From a virus (Duplodnaviria > Caudoviricetes): a stretch of DNA of 64,000 nucleotides. The stretch lies in the IMG/VR virus record IMGVR_UViG_3300005937_000414, positions 4,117 through 68,116 of that record; one strand, 5' to 3'. The notes below the pieces were generated by a model. It worked only from the letters and a program-made list of their open reading frames with translations. It ran no database searches and was not told the DNA's origin. This document shows, piece by piece, positions 1 to 8,743 of this stretch; position 1 is the first letter of the stretch, and each line of letters opens with the position of its first letter. A program made the translations under genes and the position numbers.

Positions 1-2
1 AG

Positions 3-470
3 GAGCCGTGGCCGATGGGCATGGCCGGTGGATCGAATTTCACTTCGGGTTACCTCAAGCAGCAGGCCGAGATCTCCGGTGCGTTCCTGGCCGGGATGCT
101 CAGGTTCGGCTACACGAACGTCGTGCAGATGAACTCGACGCGCTGGCGGCAGATCGTTGCCGCCGACCTGGGCATCACGATCCACCACAGCAAGTGGCGT
201 GATCCGGTGTTGTGCAAGCAGTACAACTGCATCCCGCAGGACTCCGGAAAGTTCCGTTCCAAGCAGTGGGCGTTGGGCTATGCCCCGTTTTCAGAGAGAT
301 TTCATTTCAAAGTCCCCGATCTGCCCGACATCATCAAGAGCAAGCACGGCAACACACCCCGTCCCGACGGCTCGAAGGCCAAGGCGATCCAGCCTGCCGA
401 CGAGTACGACGCACTCGCGATCTGCTGGACGTTCTACAACGAGCTTCAGGAGTCGAAGCTGCTTTCTTGA
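3..470 (+). CDS. RuvC-like Holliday junction resolvase, 5'-truncated by the window edge
   Basis: Frame open from the window start (EPWPMGMAGG...); C-terminal DEYDALAIC resembles the RuvC DxxDA acidic motif; lies next to a helicase. Confidence 0.6.
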   Translation, partial: EPWPMGMAGGSNFTSGYLKQQAEISGAFLAGMLRFGYTNVVQMNSTRWRQIVAADLGITIHHSKWRDPVLCKQYNCIPQDSGKFRSKQWALGYAPFSERFHFKVPDLPDIIKSKHGNTPRPDGSKAKAIQPADEYDALAICWTFYNELQESKLLS

Positions 471-495
471 CCCAGGGACTATTTTCTGCTACAAC
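467..495 (+). promoter_or_regulatory. sigma-70/sigma-A type promoter
   Basis: TTGACC-N17-TACAAC, with TGC before the -10 as in the other promoters. Confidence 0.55.
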
Positions 496-505
496 AGGTG
501 GCGAG

Positions 506-946
506 ATGAGGTACGTCATTCACGTAGCCGAGGAAAAAGGCGGGCCGTTCGAGACGTACGGGCCGTACGAGGACTATCCGACCGCGCATGCGGCGGGCAT
601 GGTCTACGCCCGGCAGGGCAAGGACGTGTCGCTCTACCCGGCCGACGAGGCGGCGATCTGCGATTTCTGCTCTTCCCCGCTCGTCGCGTGGAGCTACGAC
701 GTGGAGGATTTCAGAGTCGGCTCGACCGAGTGGGGATCGCGCGGCGGCTGGGCTGCGTGCGACGACTGCCACGACCTGATCGAGAAGGGTGACCCCAGGG
801 CGCTGGCGCTGCACTCGCTGCGCACGTTTTTCACGACTAACTCGCAGATCCCAGACCAGCCGGAGGTGCGCTCCCATGTGTACGAGCACATTCGCACCGT
901 GCACGGTGAGTTCTGGGCGCACAAGCGCAGCGTGAGGCACATATGA
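506..946 (+). CDS. hypothetical protein, two CxxC pairs (probable Zn binding)
   Basis: MRYVIHVAEE...CDFC...CDDC; ATGA overlap with the helicase. Confidence 0.75.
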   Translation: MRYVIHVAEEKGGPFETYGPYEDYPTAHAAGMVYARQGKDVSLYPADEAAICDFCSSPLVAWSYDVEDFRVGSTEWGSRGGWAACDDCHDLIEKGDPRALALHSLRTFFTTNSQIPDQPEVRSHVYEHIRTVHGEFWAHKRSVRHI

Positions 947-2280
947 TCGTGGGCAGCCAACTGTCTGTCGGCTTCGATGAGCTATCCGAAGGCGAGTGGA
1001 AAAGGCTGCTCTCCAAGCTGTCGTTTTCACTCGATGGTGACGTGGTTCACTGCTACCGGCGGCTCTTGACAAAGGGCGTTTACAAGCTTCCGCGTGGAGC
1101 GTGGAGCCTGTTGCCCAATCACATCGTCTACCACGACAAGCGCTCGTGCCCACCAGCCCCCGAGTACGATTTCACGCTCAAGCTGGACGACACCGACAAA
1201 GACCCCCGCTTTTCGGGCCAGTCGGATGCCGTAACCGCCATGTTCGAGCACGAGCAAGGGCTGTTGATCCGCCCGCCCGGCACGGGTAAGACGCAGATTG
1301 CGCTGGCCTTCGCTGCCAAGGTGAAAACGAAGACGCTCGTGCTCGTGCATACGGACGATATCCTGCGCCAGTGGGTGAGCGCAGTCGAAGAGGTGATGCC
1401 CGACGCGCCGGTCGGAGTGATCAGACAGCGTCAGTTTTCAATTGGGCACGTCACCATCGCGATGGTGCAGACGCTGAACAAGCGCTACATGCACAAGTCG
1501 CGCTCCTGGTGGCAGCAGTGGGGCTGCGTGATTGCCGACGAGGCGCATCATGTCTCCGCTCCCACCTGGGAGGCCGTGATGAACAGGTGCTACGCCAAGT
1601 ACAGGTTCGGCTTCACGGCCAGCGAGACGCGGGCGGACGGCATGCATCCTACGATGAAATTCATCGTCGGCCCGGTCATCCACAAGATGAAATTCAGTTC
1701 GACCGTAAAGCTCACCGTCGAGCCGACGCAGACCGGCTTTCGCTATCTGTACCGGGGCCGCTGGGACTGGATGCCGCTGCTCGAAGCTCTGACCGCAGAC
1801 GAGGGGCGCAACCGCAAGATAGCGGAGGTGATCGACCGTGAGATCGCGGACGGAAATTCTGTCCTCGTGCTTAGCAGACGAATTGGCCACCTTGGAAACA
1901 TTGCTGGCTTTGTGCAAGCTGATGCTGAGATCCTCACTGGAAAACGTAGCCGAACTGATCGAAAGCGAATCCTTCGAGATTTCAGAGACGGACGGCTTAA
2001 GTGCCTTCTCGCTACGCAGCTTGCAGACGAAGCTCTCGACGTGCCAAGACTCAATCGAGTCGTGCTCACGTTCCCTGGCAAGCACGAGGGCCGGATTATC
2101 CAGCAGATCGGACGGGCGCTGAGAACGCATCCGTCCAAGAGCGATGCCAAGATCTACGACATGGTGGACGAGGTGGGCGTGCTGCGCCACCAGTACAGCC
2201 AGCGAGTGAAAACGTACAACACGAACAGGATCTCTGTCAACAGCCCGATCATGAGGAAGTTGAAATTGTGGCAGCGCTAA
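943..2280 (+). CDS. superfamily 2 (DEAH-box) DNA helicase
   Basis: PPGTGKT Walker A, DEAHH, TAS motif III, QQIGRALR motif VI. Confidence 0.93.
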   Translation: MIVGSQLSVGFDELSEGEWKRLLSKLSFSLDGDVVHCYRRLLTKGVYKLPRGAWSLLPNHIVYHDKRSCPPAPEYDFTLKLDDTDKDPRFSGQSDAVTAMFEHEQGLLIRPPGTGKTQIALAFAAKVKTKTLVLVHTDDILRQWVSAVEEVMPDAPVGVIRQRQFSIGHVTIAMVQTLNKRYMHKSRSWWQQWGCVIADEAHHVSAPTWEAVMNRCYAKYRFGFTASETRADGMHPTMKFIVGPVIHKMKFSSTVKLTVEPTQTGFRYLYRGRWDWMPLLEALTADEGRNRKIAEVIDREIADGNSVLVLSRRIGHLGNIAGFVQADAEILTGKRSRTDRKRILRDFRDGRLKCLLATQLADEALDVPRLNRVVLTFPGKHEGRIIQQIGRALRTHPSKSDAKIYDMVDEVGVLRHQYSQRVKTYNTNRISVNSPIMRKLKLWQR

Positions 2281-2753
2281 AGGATCTTCGTGGCCAGAAA
2301 TTCAGTCGGCTCCTTGTGCTTGAGATGGTGCCGAGAGAAATGTGGCGTGAAAGAAGAGCCGAGTGGCTGTGTGGATGCGACTGCGGAAATCTGATTCATG
2401 TGCGTGGTGACGCATTGCAGTGCGGCGGGACTACAAACTGCGGCTGTTGGCGCAATGTTCGCCATGAGCATACGAGAGGGAGAAAGGCTTCCTCAACCTA
2501 TAGAAGCTGGCGCATGATGATTCAACGATGTGAAAATCCTAGGGTCGAAAATTTTCGGAACTATGGTGGCCGTGGCATAACGGTTTGTAAACGGTGGCAT
2601 AGGTTCGAGAATTTCCTAGCTGACATGGGGGTACGCCCTGAAGGCATGTCAATTGATCGCATCGATAACGATGGTGACTATGAGCCTGGCAACTGTCGCT
2701 GGGCTACTCGTCAGGAACAAGCCCGAAAAGAGGAGACGAAACTGTGGCGATGA
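2268..2753 (+). CDS. HNH-type homing endonuclease
   Basis: GTG start with SD; WLCGCDCG, YGGRGITVCKRW, SIDRIDNDGDYEPGNCRWAT signature. Confidence 0.9.
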   Translation: MAALKDLRGQKFSRLLVLEMVPREMWRERRAEWLCGCDCGNLIHVRGDALQCGGTTNCGCWRNVRHEHTRGRKASSTYRSWRMMIQRCENPRVENFRNYGGRGITVCKRWHRFENFLADMGVRPEGMSIDRIDNDGDYEPGNCRWATRQEQARKEETKLWR

Positions 2754-2947
2754 AAAAGAAAGACGTGAAGGACGTGAAGAAGGCAGGCAAGAAGCGGGAC
2801 GAGATCGCGCTGGAGACGGCGCGTCAACTCCGGGCGCTGGGCGAGCGTGTCACCGTGCTCGAACGTCGCCTGGACGATCTCGTGATCCTCGGAGACGTGA
2901 AGGAGGAGAAGCCGAATGCCAGCCAAAGCCCGGACACCCAGGTCTAA
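2744..2947 (+). CDS. small hypothetical coiled-coil protein
   Basis: 67 aa, SD upstream, coupled to neighbours. Confidence 0.65.
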   Translation: MAMKKKDVKDVKKAGKKRDEIALETARQLRALGERVTVLERRLDDLVILGDVKEEKPNASQSPDTQV

Positions 2948-3431
2948 CGTCGTGAAAACGGAGGCCGACGCTAAGGCGGCCCTCCTGAAGTATCGCGCGA
3001 TCAAGGAAGACATCGCGGTGCGGATGGCAGCGGCCGGGATTCCTGACTTGGAAGAACAGGCCGACGAACTGAGGCAGAAGGCAACCGACTGGGCTGTGAA
3101 AAACGACAAGGACACGATCTCACTGGGCGGCAAGGTTTACGCGCGTCTGCGCCGGGACAAGTATGGCGGCACCTGGGTGGCGACGAGCGACGACCTAACG
3201 AGCGACACGCCGGTCAGCGTGGTTCCGCTACGCACGATCCTCTGGAACAAGTACGCGAAGAAGGGTGACAAGACGATGTTTAATGAAATCTGGCATCGTG
3301 TGTCTAGGCGGGCTGTCGATCCGGACAAGCTCGACCGTGCGGTTCAGGAAGGTGTGCTCACGGCCGACGAGATCTCTCCGGCGTTCTACGAGAAGGACAA
3401 GGCTCCTTTCCTGATCCTGTACGGAGACTGA
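2916..3431 (+). CDS. hypothetical protein (weak resemblance to Mu Gam-like end-binding proteins)
   Basis: Helical N-terminus followed by beta segment DTISLGGKVYARLRR; family call is low confidence. Confidence 0.6.
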   Translation: MPAKARTPRSNVVKTEADAKAALLKYRAIKEDIAVRMAAAGIPDLEEQADELRQKATDWAVKNDKDTISLGGKVYARLRRDKYGGTWVATSDDLTSDTPVSVVPLRTILWNKYAKKGDKTMFNEIWHRVSRRAVDPDKLDRAVQEGVLTADEISPAFYEKDKAPFLILYGD

Positions 3432-3433
3432 AA

Positions 3434-3775
3434 ATGCCGACGAAGAAGCATCGACCCAAGCTCAAGCCGTTGAAGAAGCGCAAGCCCGTCGAGCCGAACG
3501 TGCTGATCACCGGACGCAACAAGGTGCTTCCTCGTGAGATGAACTATTTCAAGCCCGTCCGCTACCGCAACCACCTGACGCTCGCAGAGATGGCTCGTGA
3601 AATTCCATGCGACCCATCCTGGCTCAGGAAGCTGGAGCGGGCGGGCCGCATCCCAATGGCTCAGCGCGTGCAGCGTGGAAAACTTTCGATTCGGCTCTGG
3701 TCGCCGGAGCAGCGCGACGAGATCAAGGAGATCATGGCCAGGCATCAGGTGGGAAGGCCGCCCAAGGAAAGATGA
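3434..3775 (+). CDS. HTH (MerR-like) DNA-binding protein
   Basis: TLAEMAREIPCDPSWLRKLERAGRIP...RLWSPEQ pattern. Confidence 0.7.
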   Translation: MPTKKHRPKLKPLKKRKPVEPNVLITGRNKVLPREMNYFKPVRYRNHLTLAEMAREIPCDPSWLRKLERAGRIPMAQRVQRGKLSIRLWSPEQRDEIKEIMARHQVGRPPKER

Positions 3776-3777
3776 AA

Positions 3778-4128
3778 ATGCCTACGAAGAAACACAGAAT
3801 GGGCGAGGAGAAGACGATGAACGTGTCGGTTGTCGGGTTGAACTACCGCATGACCAGCACGACACAAGAACAGCTACAGGAACACACACCGATGCTCGTG
3901 GAGCTTGTGCGCGAACCTGAAAACAACCACGATGAGAATGCAATTGCCGTTCATCTGACGCGCTGGCGCAAGGACATGATGATTGGCTATCTGCCTCGCG
4001 ATGTGGCTGCGAAGCTTGCCCCACTGCTCGATCACGGGGATGTGGAAATCACCTCCGTCTGGCTGAAAGACGTGGTGCCGGGAGGGTTTGGGGAGCTACT
4101 GATCAGCTTCCGCAGAAAAATTTCCTAA
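3778..4128 (+). CDS. stand-alone HIRAN domain protein
   Basis: VVGLNYR, REPENNHDENAIAV and IGYLPRDVAAKLAPLLD are HIRAN hallmarks. Confidence 0.88.
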   Translation: MPTKKHRMGEEKTMNVSVVGLNYRMTSTTQEQLQEHTPMLVELVREPENNHDENAIAVHLTRWRKDMMIGYLPRDVAAKLAPLLDHGDVEITSVWLKDVVPGGFGELLISFRRKIS

Positions 4129-4134
4129 GAAGCC

Positions 4135-4163
4135 TTGACGTTTTCCTTCTAGGGGGCTACGCT
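4135..4163 (+). promoter_or_regulatory. promoter
   Basis: TTGACG-N17-TACGCT upstream of the histone-like gene. Confidence 0.6.
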
Positions 4164-4217
4164 GGGGGCCAGACAGGCTTTTCAGCCCGACCAGAATTCA
4201 CTCAAGGAGACGGAAAA

Positions 4218-4964
4218 ATGGCAACAATGCAGGAACTGCGTATCACGGCCAAGACTCTCGGAGTCCCGGCCGCGCAGATCCGGAAGGCGTCCACTTCGGC
4301 CGCGCTCTCGGATCTGATCAGCGAGAGGTTGAACGGTGGCGCGGCTCGCAAGCCCGTGACGAAGAAGGCTCCCGTGCGCAAGGCGACGACGCCGACGCGC
4401 AAGACTCGCACTCCGGCCAAGAAGGCGGCTGCTGTGAAAAAGAGCACGCCGACGCCCAAGGCATCGCCCAACGGCGACGCCGGTCGGCACGTCCTCGGCT
4501 CGATCAACTACAACGACATCGAGGGCTGGAACGCCCGGCCCGGCTCGATTCCTGATCTGATCATCAAGTCGCTGCGCAAGCACAAGGGCGACCGCGAGCG
4601 GGTTTTCAACGCGCTCGTGCCCGACATCTGGGACTACGTGGGCCGCAAGATGGCGGACGGCTCGAAGCGCACGCAGGCGTCGGCCGAGGACATGCTGCGC
4701 TACCGCATCTCGCGCACGGCCTGGGACTTCGCGATGAAAACGGGCCAGCACGAGAAGAGCACGAACCGCGCCACGTACGGTGAGGGCACGCGCAAGGCTC
4801 CGGCCAAGAAGGCCGCTCCTGCCTCCAGGAAGCCCGCGACGAAGAAGACGGCTCCGGCCCCCACCCGCAAGCGGGCGACGGCTCAGAAGCCCGTACAGCG
4901 CCGCACGCGGCGTGCTGTGAGCCGCACGACCCGGCCGGTTGCCAAGAAGAAGGCCCGGCGCTAG
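4218..4964 (+). CDS. histone H1/HupB-tail-like basic DNA-binding protein with a globular core
   Basis: Two K/R/A/P/T-rich low-complexity arms (PAKKAAAVKK, KKAPAKKAAPASRK) flank a ~90 aa folded-looking core. Confidence 0.8.
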   Translation: MATMQELRITAKTLGVPAAQIRKASTSAALSDLISERLNGGAARKPVTKKAPVRKATTPTRKTRTPAKKAAAVKKSTPTPKASPNGDAGRHVLGSINYNDIEGWNARPGSIPDLIIKSLRKHKGDRERVFNALVPDIWDYVGRKMADGSKRTQASAEDMLRYRISRTAWDFAMKTGQHEKSTNRATYGEGTRKAPAKKAAPASRKPATKKTAPAPTRKRATAQKPVQRRTRRAVSRTTRPVAKKKARR

Positions 4965-4973
4965 CACTGAGAG

Positions 4974-5000
4974 TGGGCGAGAGAGATCTCGCCCATTTTC
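4974..5000 (+). terminator. intrinsic terminator
   Basis: TGGGCGAGA-GAGA-TCTCGCCCA followed by TTTT. Confidence 0.7.
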
Positions 5001-5054
5001 AGGCTAGAATAGACCCAGGGTCAGATTTCCGACAGAGAGAAAGGAGAAAATGAA

Positions 5055-5384
5055 ATGAGATGGGGACGTGTACTCTTCACATTTGCGCTTGGCTACGTCG
5101 GCTTCAAGATCGACGGCTGGGCAGGAACGTTTTCGTTTCTGCTTCTGTTCTTCCTCGGCTGCTTCCTGTTCTATTACATCTTTGAGCCGATCTACCGCGA
5201 CTTTCAAGGTCTTTTCAGCCGGATCGGCGGCAACACGTACAACATCCACGTCAACGCCACGCCCGGCCAGGACGGCCATCCCGATGTCGAGGGCACGGCA
5301 CGCAGGCATCCCGATCCCACGCGCCCCGACGACGAGGAGTGGGCCGGAGCAATTACCTATCGGCTGGAGAGAGGCAAGCGTTGA
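5055..5384 (+). CDS. membrane protein (two TM segments)
   Basis: Hydrophobic N-terminal half; strong SD AAAGGAG. Confidence 0.75.
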   Translation: MRWGRVLFTFALGYVGFKIDGWAGTFSFLLLFFLGCFLFYYIFEPIYRDFQGLFSRIGGNTYNIHVNATPGQDGHPDVEGTARRHPDPTRPDDEEWAGAITYRLERGKR

Positions 5385-5454
5385 CTTCCAGGCTCTGATC
5401 CTGTTTACTTCGCGAACTGGCAGGATCGTTTTTCACTCGTGGAAAGGATCGGAT

Positions 5455-5736
5455 GTGGAGATCAAGGTCAATGTAGGTGAGACGACTCTGAAGGCAGTGG
5501 TCAGATTTGCGACGCCGCCGGACAGTGTTCCGACGTGGGAAGTCGGCAACAGTTCCGTGCTCGCTGTCTACCCGTCGGCAGACGGACTCTCCGCGACGTT
5601 CGATGTGCTCGCTCCCGGCGCGTCCAGCGTTGTGGTACACGCGGCCAAGGACACGGATGAAATTCTTCTCTCTGGACTCGTGACCGCGTTTGCAGGCGGT
5701 ACGTACGTAGGTTCGGTCGAGTTTTCGACCGGTTAG
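5455..5736 (+). CDS. small beta-rich (Ig-like) protein
   Basis: GTG start after GGAAAGGA; 93 aa of alternating beta-strand pattern. Confidence 0.6.
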   Translation: MEIKVNVGETTLKAVVRFATPPDSVPTWEVGNSSVLAVYPSADGLSATFDVLAPGASSVVVHAAKDTDEILLSGLVTAFAGGTYVGSVEFSTG

Positions 5737-5766
5737 AGCTTCCATCCGCCGGGGTAGGCACCAAGG

Positions 5767-5795
5767 GAGCCGCTCGCAAGGGCGGCTCTTCTTTT
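5767..5795 (+). terminator. intrinsic terminator
   Basis: GAGCCGCTC-GCAA-GGGCGGCTC then TTCTTTT. Confidence 0.75.
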
Positions 5796-5806
5796 GAAAA
5801 TTGCCC

Positions 5807-5836
5807 TTGACACGGCCCTGGACAGCTTGCTACAGT
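5807..5836 (+). promoter_or_regulatory. promoter driving the ncRNA/tRNA-like unit
   Basis: TTGACA-N18-TACAGT. Confidence 0.65.
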
Positions 5837-5843
5837 ACCCTGT

Positions 5844-5968
5844 GACGCTGACAGGTAGCCCCATTGCCACCCTGTGAAGCCAAGCCGGAGAAGCCCATTC
5901 AACGGCGGCGGTGGAGGAATAGCTGCGAGAGAGGCGGGGCCAAAGAACGCAGACCGCCTGTCAGCGTC
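5844..5968 (+). ncRNA. candidate rod-shaped structured ncRNA
   Basis: Perfect 12-bp closing stem GACGCTGACAGG/CCTGTCAGCGTC; nested GCCCC/GGGGC and CCACC/GGTGG helices; begins at the predicted TSS; no credible ORF. Confidence 0.55.
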
Positions 5969-5988
5969 GAGTTTTCAAGCCCTCTCCG

Positions 5989-6064
5989 GGCCGCCCTAGC
6001 TCAACGGGTAGAGCGTCTCCGGCAAGTGTGGGGAAGGTTCCTGGTTCGATCCCAGGGGGCGGCC
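5989..6064 (+). tRNA. tRNA-shaped RNA, His-like acceptor end, non-canonical 9-nt anticodon loop
   Basis: Acceptor GCCGCCC/GGGCGGC; D-arm GCTC-AACGGGTA-GAGC; T-arm CCTGG-TTCGATC-CCAGG; anticodon stem TCTCC/GGGGA with loop GGCAAGTGT; G-1 and C73; no encoded CCA. Confidence 0.7.
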
Positions 6065-6099
6065 CGGAGAGTTTTCAACCCGACAAGAAGCGAGGAGAG

Positions 6100-6315
6100 A
6101 TGAGCAGCAAGCAAGTGACGATTCAGGCCCGCCTGACGTTTTCACTCGTTAAGGGCAGGCCGGTCGATGCAGAGACGCTCTTGGATGCGTTTGCGGGCAC
6201 GGTCGGCCAGCAGAACGGCGCACGCCGTCCGTTGAACGTCACGATGGGGTACGAGGAAGACCTGACGACTCCGGACATCGTGTACGAGTGCTATCTGGTC
6301 GAGGAGGTGGGCTGA
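6100..6315 (+). CDS. hypothetical protein
   Basis: 71 aa, SD GAGGAG. Confidence 0.7.
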   Translation: MSSKQVTIQARLTFSLVKGRPVDAETLLDAFAGTVGQQNGARRPLNVTMGYEEDLTTPDIVYECYLVEEVG

Positions 6316-6317
6316 AA

Positions 6318-6503
6318 ATGTACCGCCCGATTGACATTCAGATCCAGCTTACGCCTGATGAGGCGAGGGCGCTGTGGGTGCTCGTGAAAAATGTGGAGAG
6401 CTTCGAGCCGCTGGCGACTGCGCTGAAGGATGCGCTTCAGCATTGCGCCGAGTGGGGCACGTATCCCGCCCCGTACCGGGCGCTTGTTGTGGGGGTGAAG
6501 TGA
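6318..6503 (+). CDS. hypothetical protein
   Basis: 61 aa, TGA-AA-ATG coupled on both sides. Confidence 0.7.
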   Translation: MYRPIDIQIQLTPDEARALWVLVKNVESFEPLATALKDALQHCAEWGTYPAPYRALVVGVK

Positions 6504-6505
6504 AA

Positions 6506-7537
6506 ATGCATTCTCCCGCACCCTGGCATGCAGCGATCCAGGCATACAACGAGGCGATGGCGTTCTTGCACGGCCCGAATGCGAAGGATTATCTCGAAGC
6601 CTGGGAGGAAGATCGCACGGCGCGTTACGGCCCCGAGCTTGGCCAGCCGTCCGGTGTGGCAGGACGCCATCTCGTCTACGACATGGCACGTGCCGATCCG
6701 ATTTTCATTACGGAGGATATGCTCCAGGTCGTGTACTCGGCAATGAAAGGGTTCGACTCCACGGAGGAGATCGGAGAAGACGACTTTTTCATCCCGGCCG
6801 GGTTTGCGTACTTGCCACAGCCGTTCTACTCGATCACGGTGGATAACAGGCGACTTGCCTGGCGGGCGGTTTCATGGCGAGTCGCTCGCATGTGGACGAC
6901 GGGCGAGCCTGGGCTGGAGCAGAAGCTTCGTGAACGCTACGGCGAGCGAGAAGAAGGGATTTACAGCGAGGAAGAAGTTACCGAATTGGCCTCGCATGTG
7001 GATGAAGAATTTGTCGTTCGTGTCACGATGTGGGCACATCTGGACGACGAGGATGATTTTCCGATACCACCCGATATGGTCGAGACGATCAAGTCGATGA
7101 ACACACCTTGGCTGATCTCGCACATGACGGCCATTCCATTTTCAGCGATCCCCGACATCCGCGAGCAGCGCGGAGAAGGCGATGCAAAAGCCGATTGGCT
7201 TACGTTTCTGCGCGTGCTGAACAGGGTGATGGCCGAGAAGATCATCGTCAAGGAGCGCCAGCAGGCTCCACGCCCGTACCGCCGGGAGGCACAGCGCAGG
7301 AACTGGCCGCCCAAGGACGTGATCGTGGTCGAGCTACGGCGCAGGACGACGAAAGGCGCGTACGATGAAAACTCCGGCCGCCACTACTCGCACCAGTGGA
7401 TCGTGCAAGGCTTCTGGCGCAACCAATACTATCCGTCGATGAAAACGCACCGGCAGAAGTACATCGCGGAGTACGTGAAAGGCCCGAAGGACAAACCGCT
7501 GATCATCAAGGATCGTGTCTGGAACCTTGATAGATGA
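6506..7537 (+). CDS. conserved phage hypothetical protein
   Basis: 343 aa; C-terminal HQWIVQGFWRNQYY...YVKGP matches the widespread phage H-x-V-x-G-H-W-R-x-Q...KGP motif. Confidence 0.8.
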   Translation: MHSPAPWHAAIQAYNEAMAFLHGPNAKDYLEAWEEDRTARYGPELGQPSGVAGRHLVYDMARADPIFITEDMLQVVYSAMKGFDSTEEIGEDDFFIPAGFAYLPQPFYSITVDNRRLAWRAVSWRVARMWTTGEPGLEQKLRERYGEREEGIYSEEEVTELASHVDEEFVVRVTMWAHLDDEDDFPIPPDMVETIKSMNTPWLISHMTAIPFSAIPDIREQRGEGDAKADWLTFLRVLNRVMAEKIIVKERQQAPRPYRREAQRRNWPPKDVIVVELRRRTTKGAYDENSGRHYSHQWIVQGFWRNQYYPSMKTHRQKYIAEYVKGPKDKPLIIKDRVWNLDR

Positions 7538-7570
7538 AAATCAAACCATCCCAAAGAGCGAGGTTTTGAA

Positions 7571-7798
7571 ATGACGATTTGGGAAGCGAAGGAGTGGGCA
7601 AGGGAGATCCATCCCCGTCTTGTGGTTTTCAATCACTGGAGCGGGCGCTACTACGAGGTGCGCTATCCAAGCTCCACCGGTAAGCAAGTCGCCGTAGCTT
7701 ACTCTCTGCCCGAGCTACACGGGATCCTGCAGGGGATTCAAGTCGGGAAGAAAATTTTCTTGACACCACGTCGGAAGACTGCTACTTTACCTGCATAG
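7571..7798 (+). CDS. hypothetical protein
   Basis: 75 aa, SD GAGG. Confidence 0.65.
   Translation: MTIWEAKEWAREIHPRLVVFNHWSGRYYEVRYPSSTGKQVAVAYSLPELHGILQGIQVGKKIFLTPRRKTATLPA
7760..7788 (+). promoter_or_regulatory. promoter
   Basis: TTGACA-N17-TACTTT. Confidence 0.65.
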
Positions 7799-7826
7799 CA
7801 CGGAAAACCCGACGAAAGGAAGCATC

Positions 7827-8180
7827 ATGAACGACCAGCGTGACAAGCTTTGGGACGAGGTTCGGCAGCTTGTGCTCGACTCCGGCCCGCTCCCGCAGGA
7901 GATCGACGCCCGCATCGCGGAGCTTTCTGAGCAAGAGCACGTTGATTTCAGCGAGCAGCGCGAGGGTCTGATCGCAGACCTGATCATCGCTCGCTGCGCC
8001 GTGATCGTCTCGCAGTCTCCCGGCCCGATGCAGGGTGCTCCTCTGCACGTCGTCCTGGGCGCGGCTGCAGGCCAGGCTATGCAGCGTGAGCAGCAGGCGA
8101 TCCAGGAGGCGTTCGGCCAGATCGTGAATTTCATCGAGACGCAAGCCGAGATCTCCGAGCTTCCGACAACCGACGAGTAG
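7827..8180 (+). CDS. hypothetical protein
   Basis: 117 aa, SD GAAAGGA; followed by hairpin GAGGGCGGGA-GCGA-TCCCGCCCTC (8196-8219). Confidence 0.75.
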   Translation: MNDQRDKLWDEVRQLVLDSGPLPQEIDARIAELSEQEHVDFSEQREGLIADLIIARCAVIVSQSPGPMQGAPLHVVLGAAAGQAMQREQQAIQEAFGQIVNFIETQAEISELPTTDE

Positions 8181-8237
8181 TACCCCCAACACACCGAGGG
8201 CGGGAGCGATCCCGCCCTCACCCGTTCCCGAGAAAGG

Positions 8238-8504
8238 ATGAAAATGGAGACGAAGATCACCGGCCTGACGCCGCTCAACGTGAAGGCGCTGAGCGAGGTT
8301 TTCAGCGAGTCGGCCGCACACGGTGCGCTCGTGCTCACGGCGACGACGGCCACCTGGACGAACGACACCCCTCTGATGGCCATCTTCAAGCTCGACAAGG
8401 CGATGGCAGAGCTTTCCTGGAGAGGCCATCCGAGGCACTCTCTGCACGCCGTACGGCGCAAGCTGGTGAACCTGGCCAACTTGCCCGGAAAAACGGTCTG
8501 GTGA
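8238..8504 (+). CDS. hypothetical protein
   Basis: 88 aa (alternative ATG at 8244), SD GAAAGGA. Confidence 0.7.
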   Translation: MKMETKITGLTPLNVKALSEVFSESAAHGALVLTATTATWTNDTPLMAIFKLDKAMAELSWRGHPRHSLHAVRRKLVNLANLPGKTVW

Positions 8505-8743
8505 GCGATCCGCTCTACGAGGGTCTGCTCGCGGCCGTCGGGATCACCGTTTTCATTGCGGCGATCCTGGCGGCCGTTCTGGCCTTCATCAGTGAAAAGC
8601 GTCAGAAGAAACGCCGCCAGCGGGTCGAGGACGTGCTGGAACTAGCGCTGGAGAAAATCATCGGGGGAAAAATTTCGGGGTACGACCGCGAATGGGCATG
8701 GCGCACGCAGCAGCGGCTTTGGATGAAAAAGAGGGGGGAGTAA
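8501..8743 (+). CDS. single-pass membrane protein
   Basis: LLAAVGITVFIAAILAAVLAFI followed by a basic tract. Confidence 0.7.
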   Translation: MSDPLYEGLLAAVGITVFIAAILAAVLAFISEKRQKKRRQRVEDVLELALEKIIGGKISGYDREWAWRTQQRLWMKKRGE

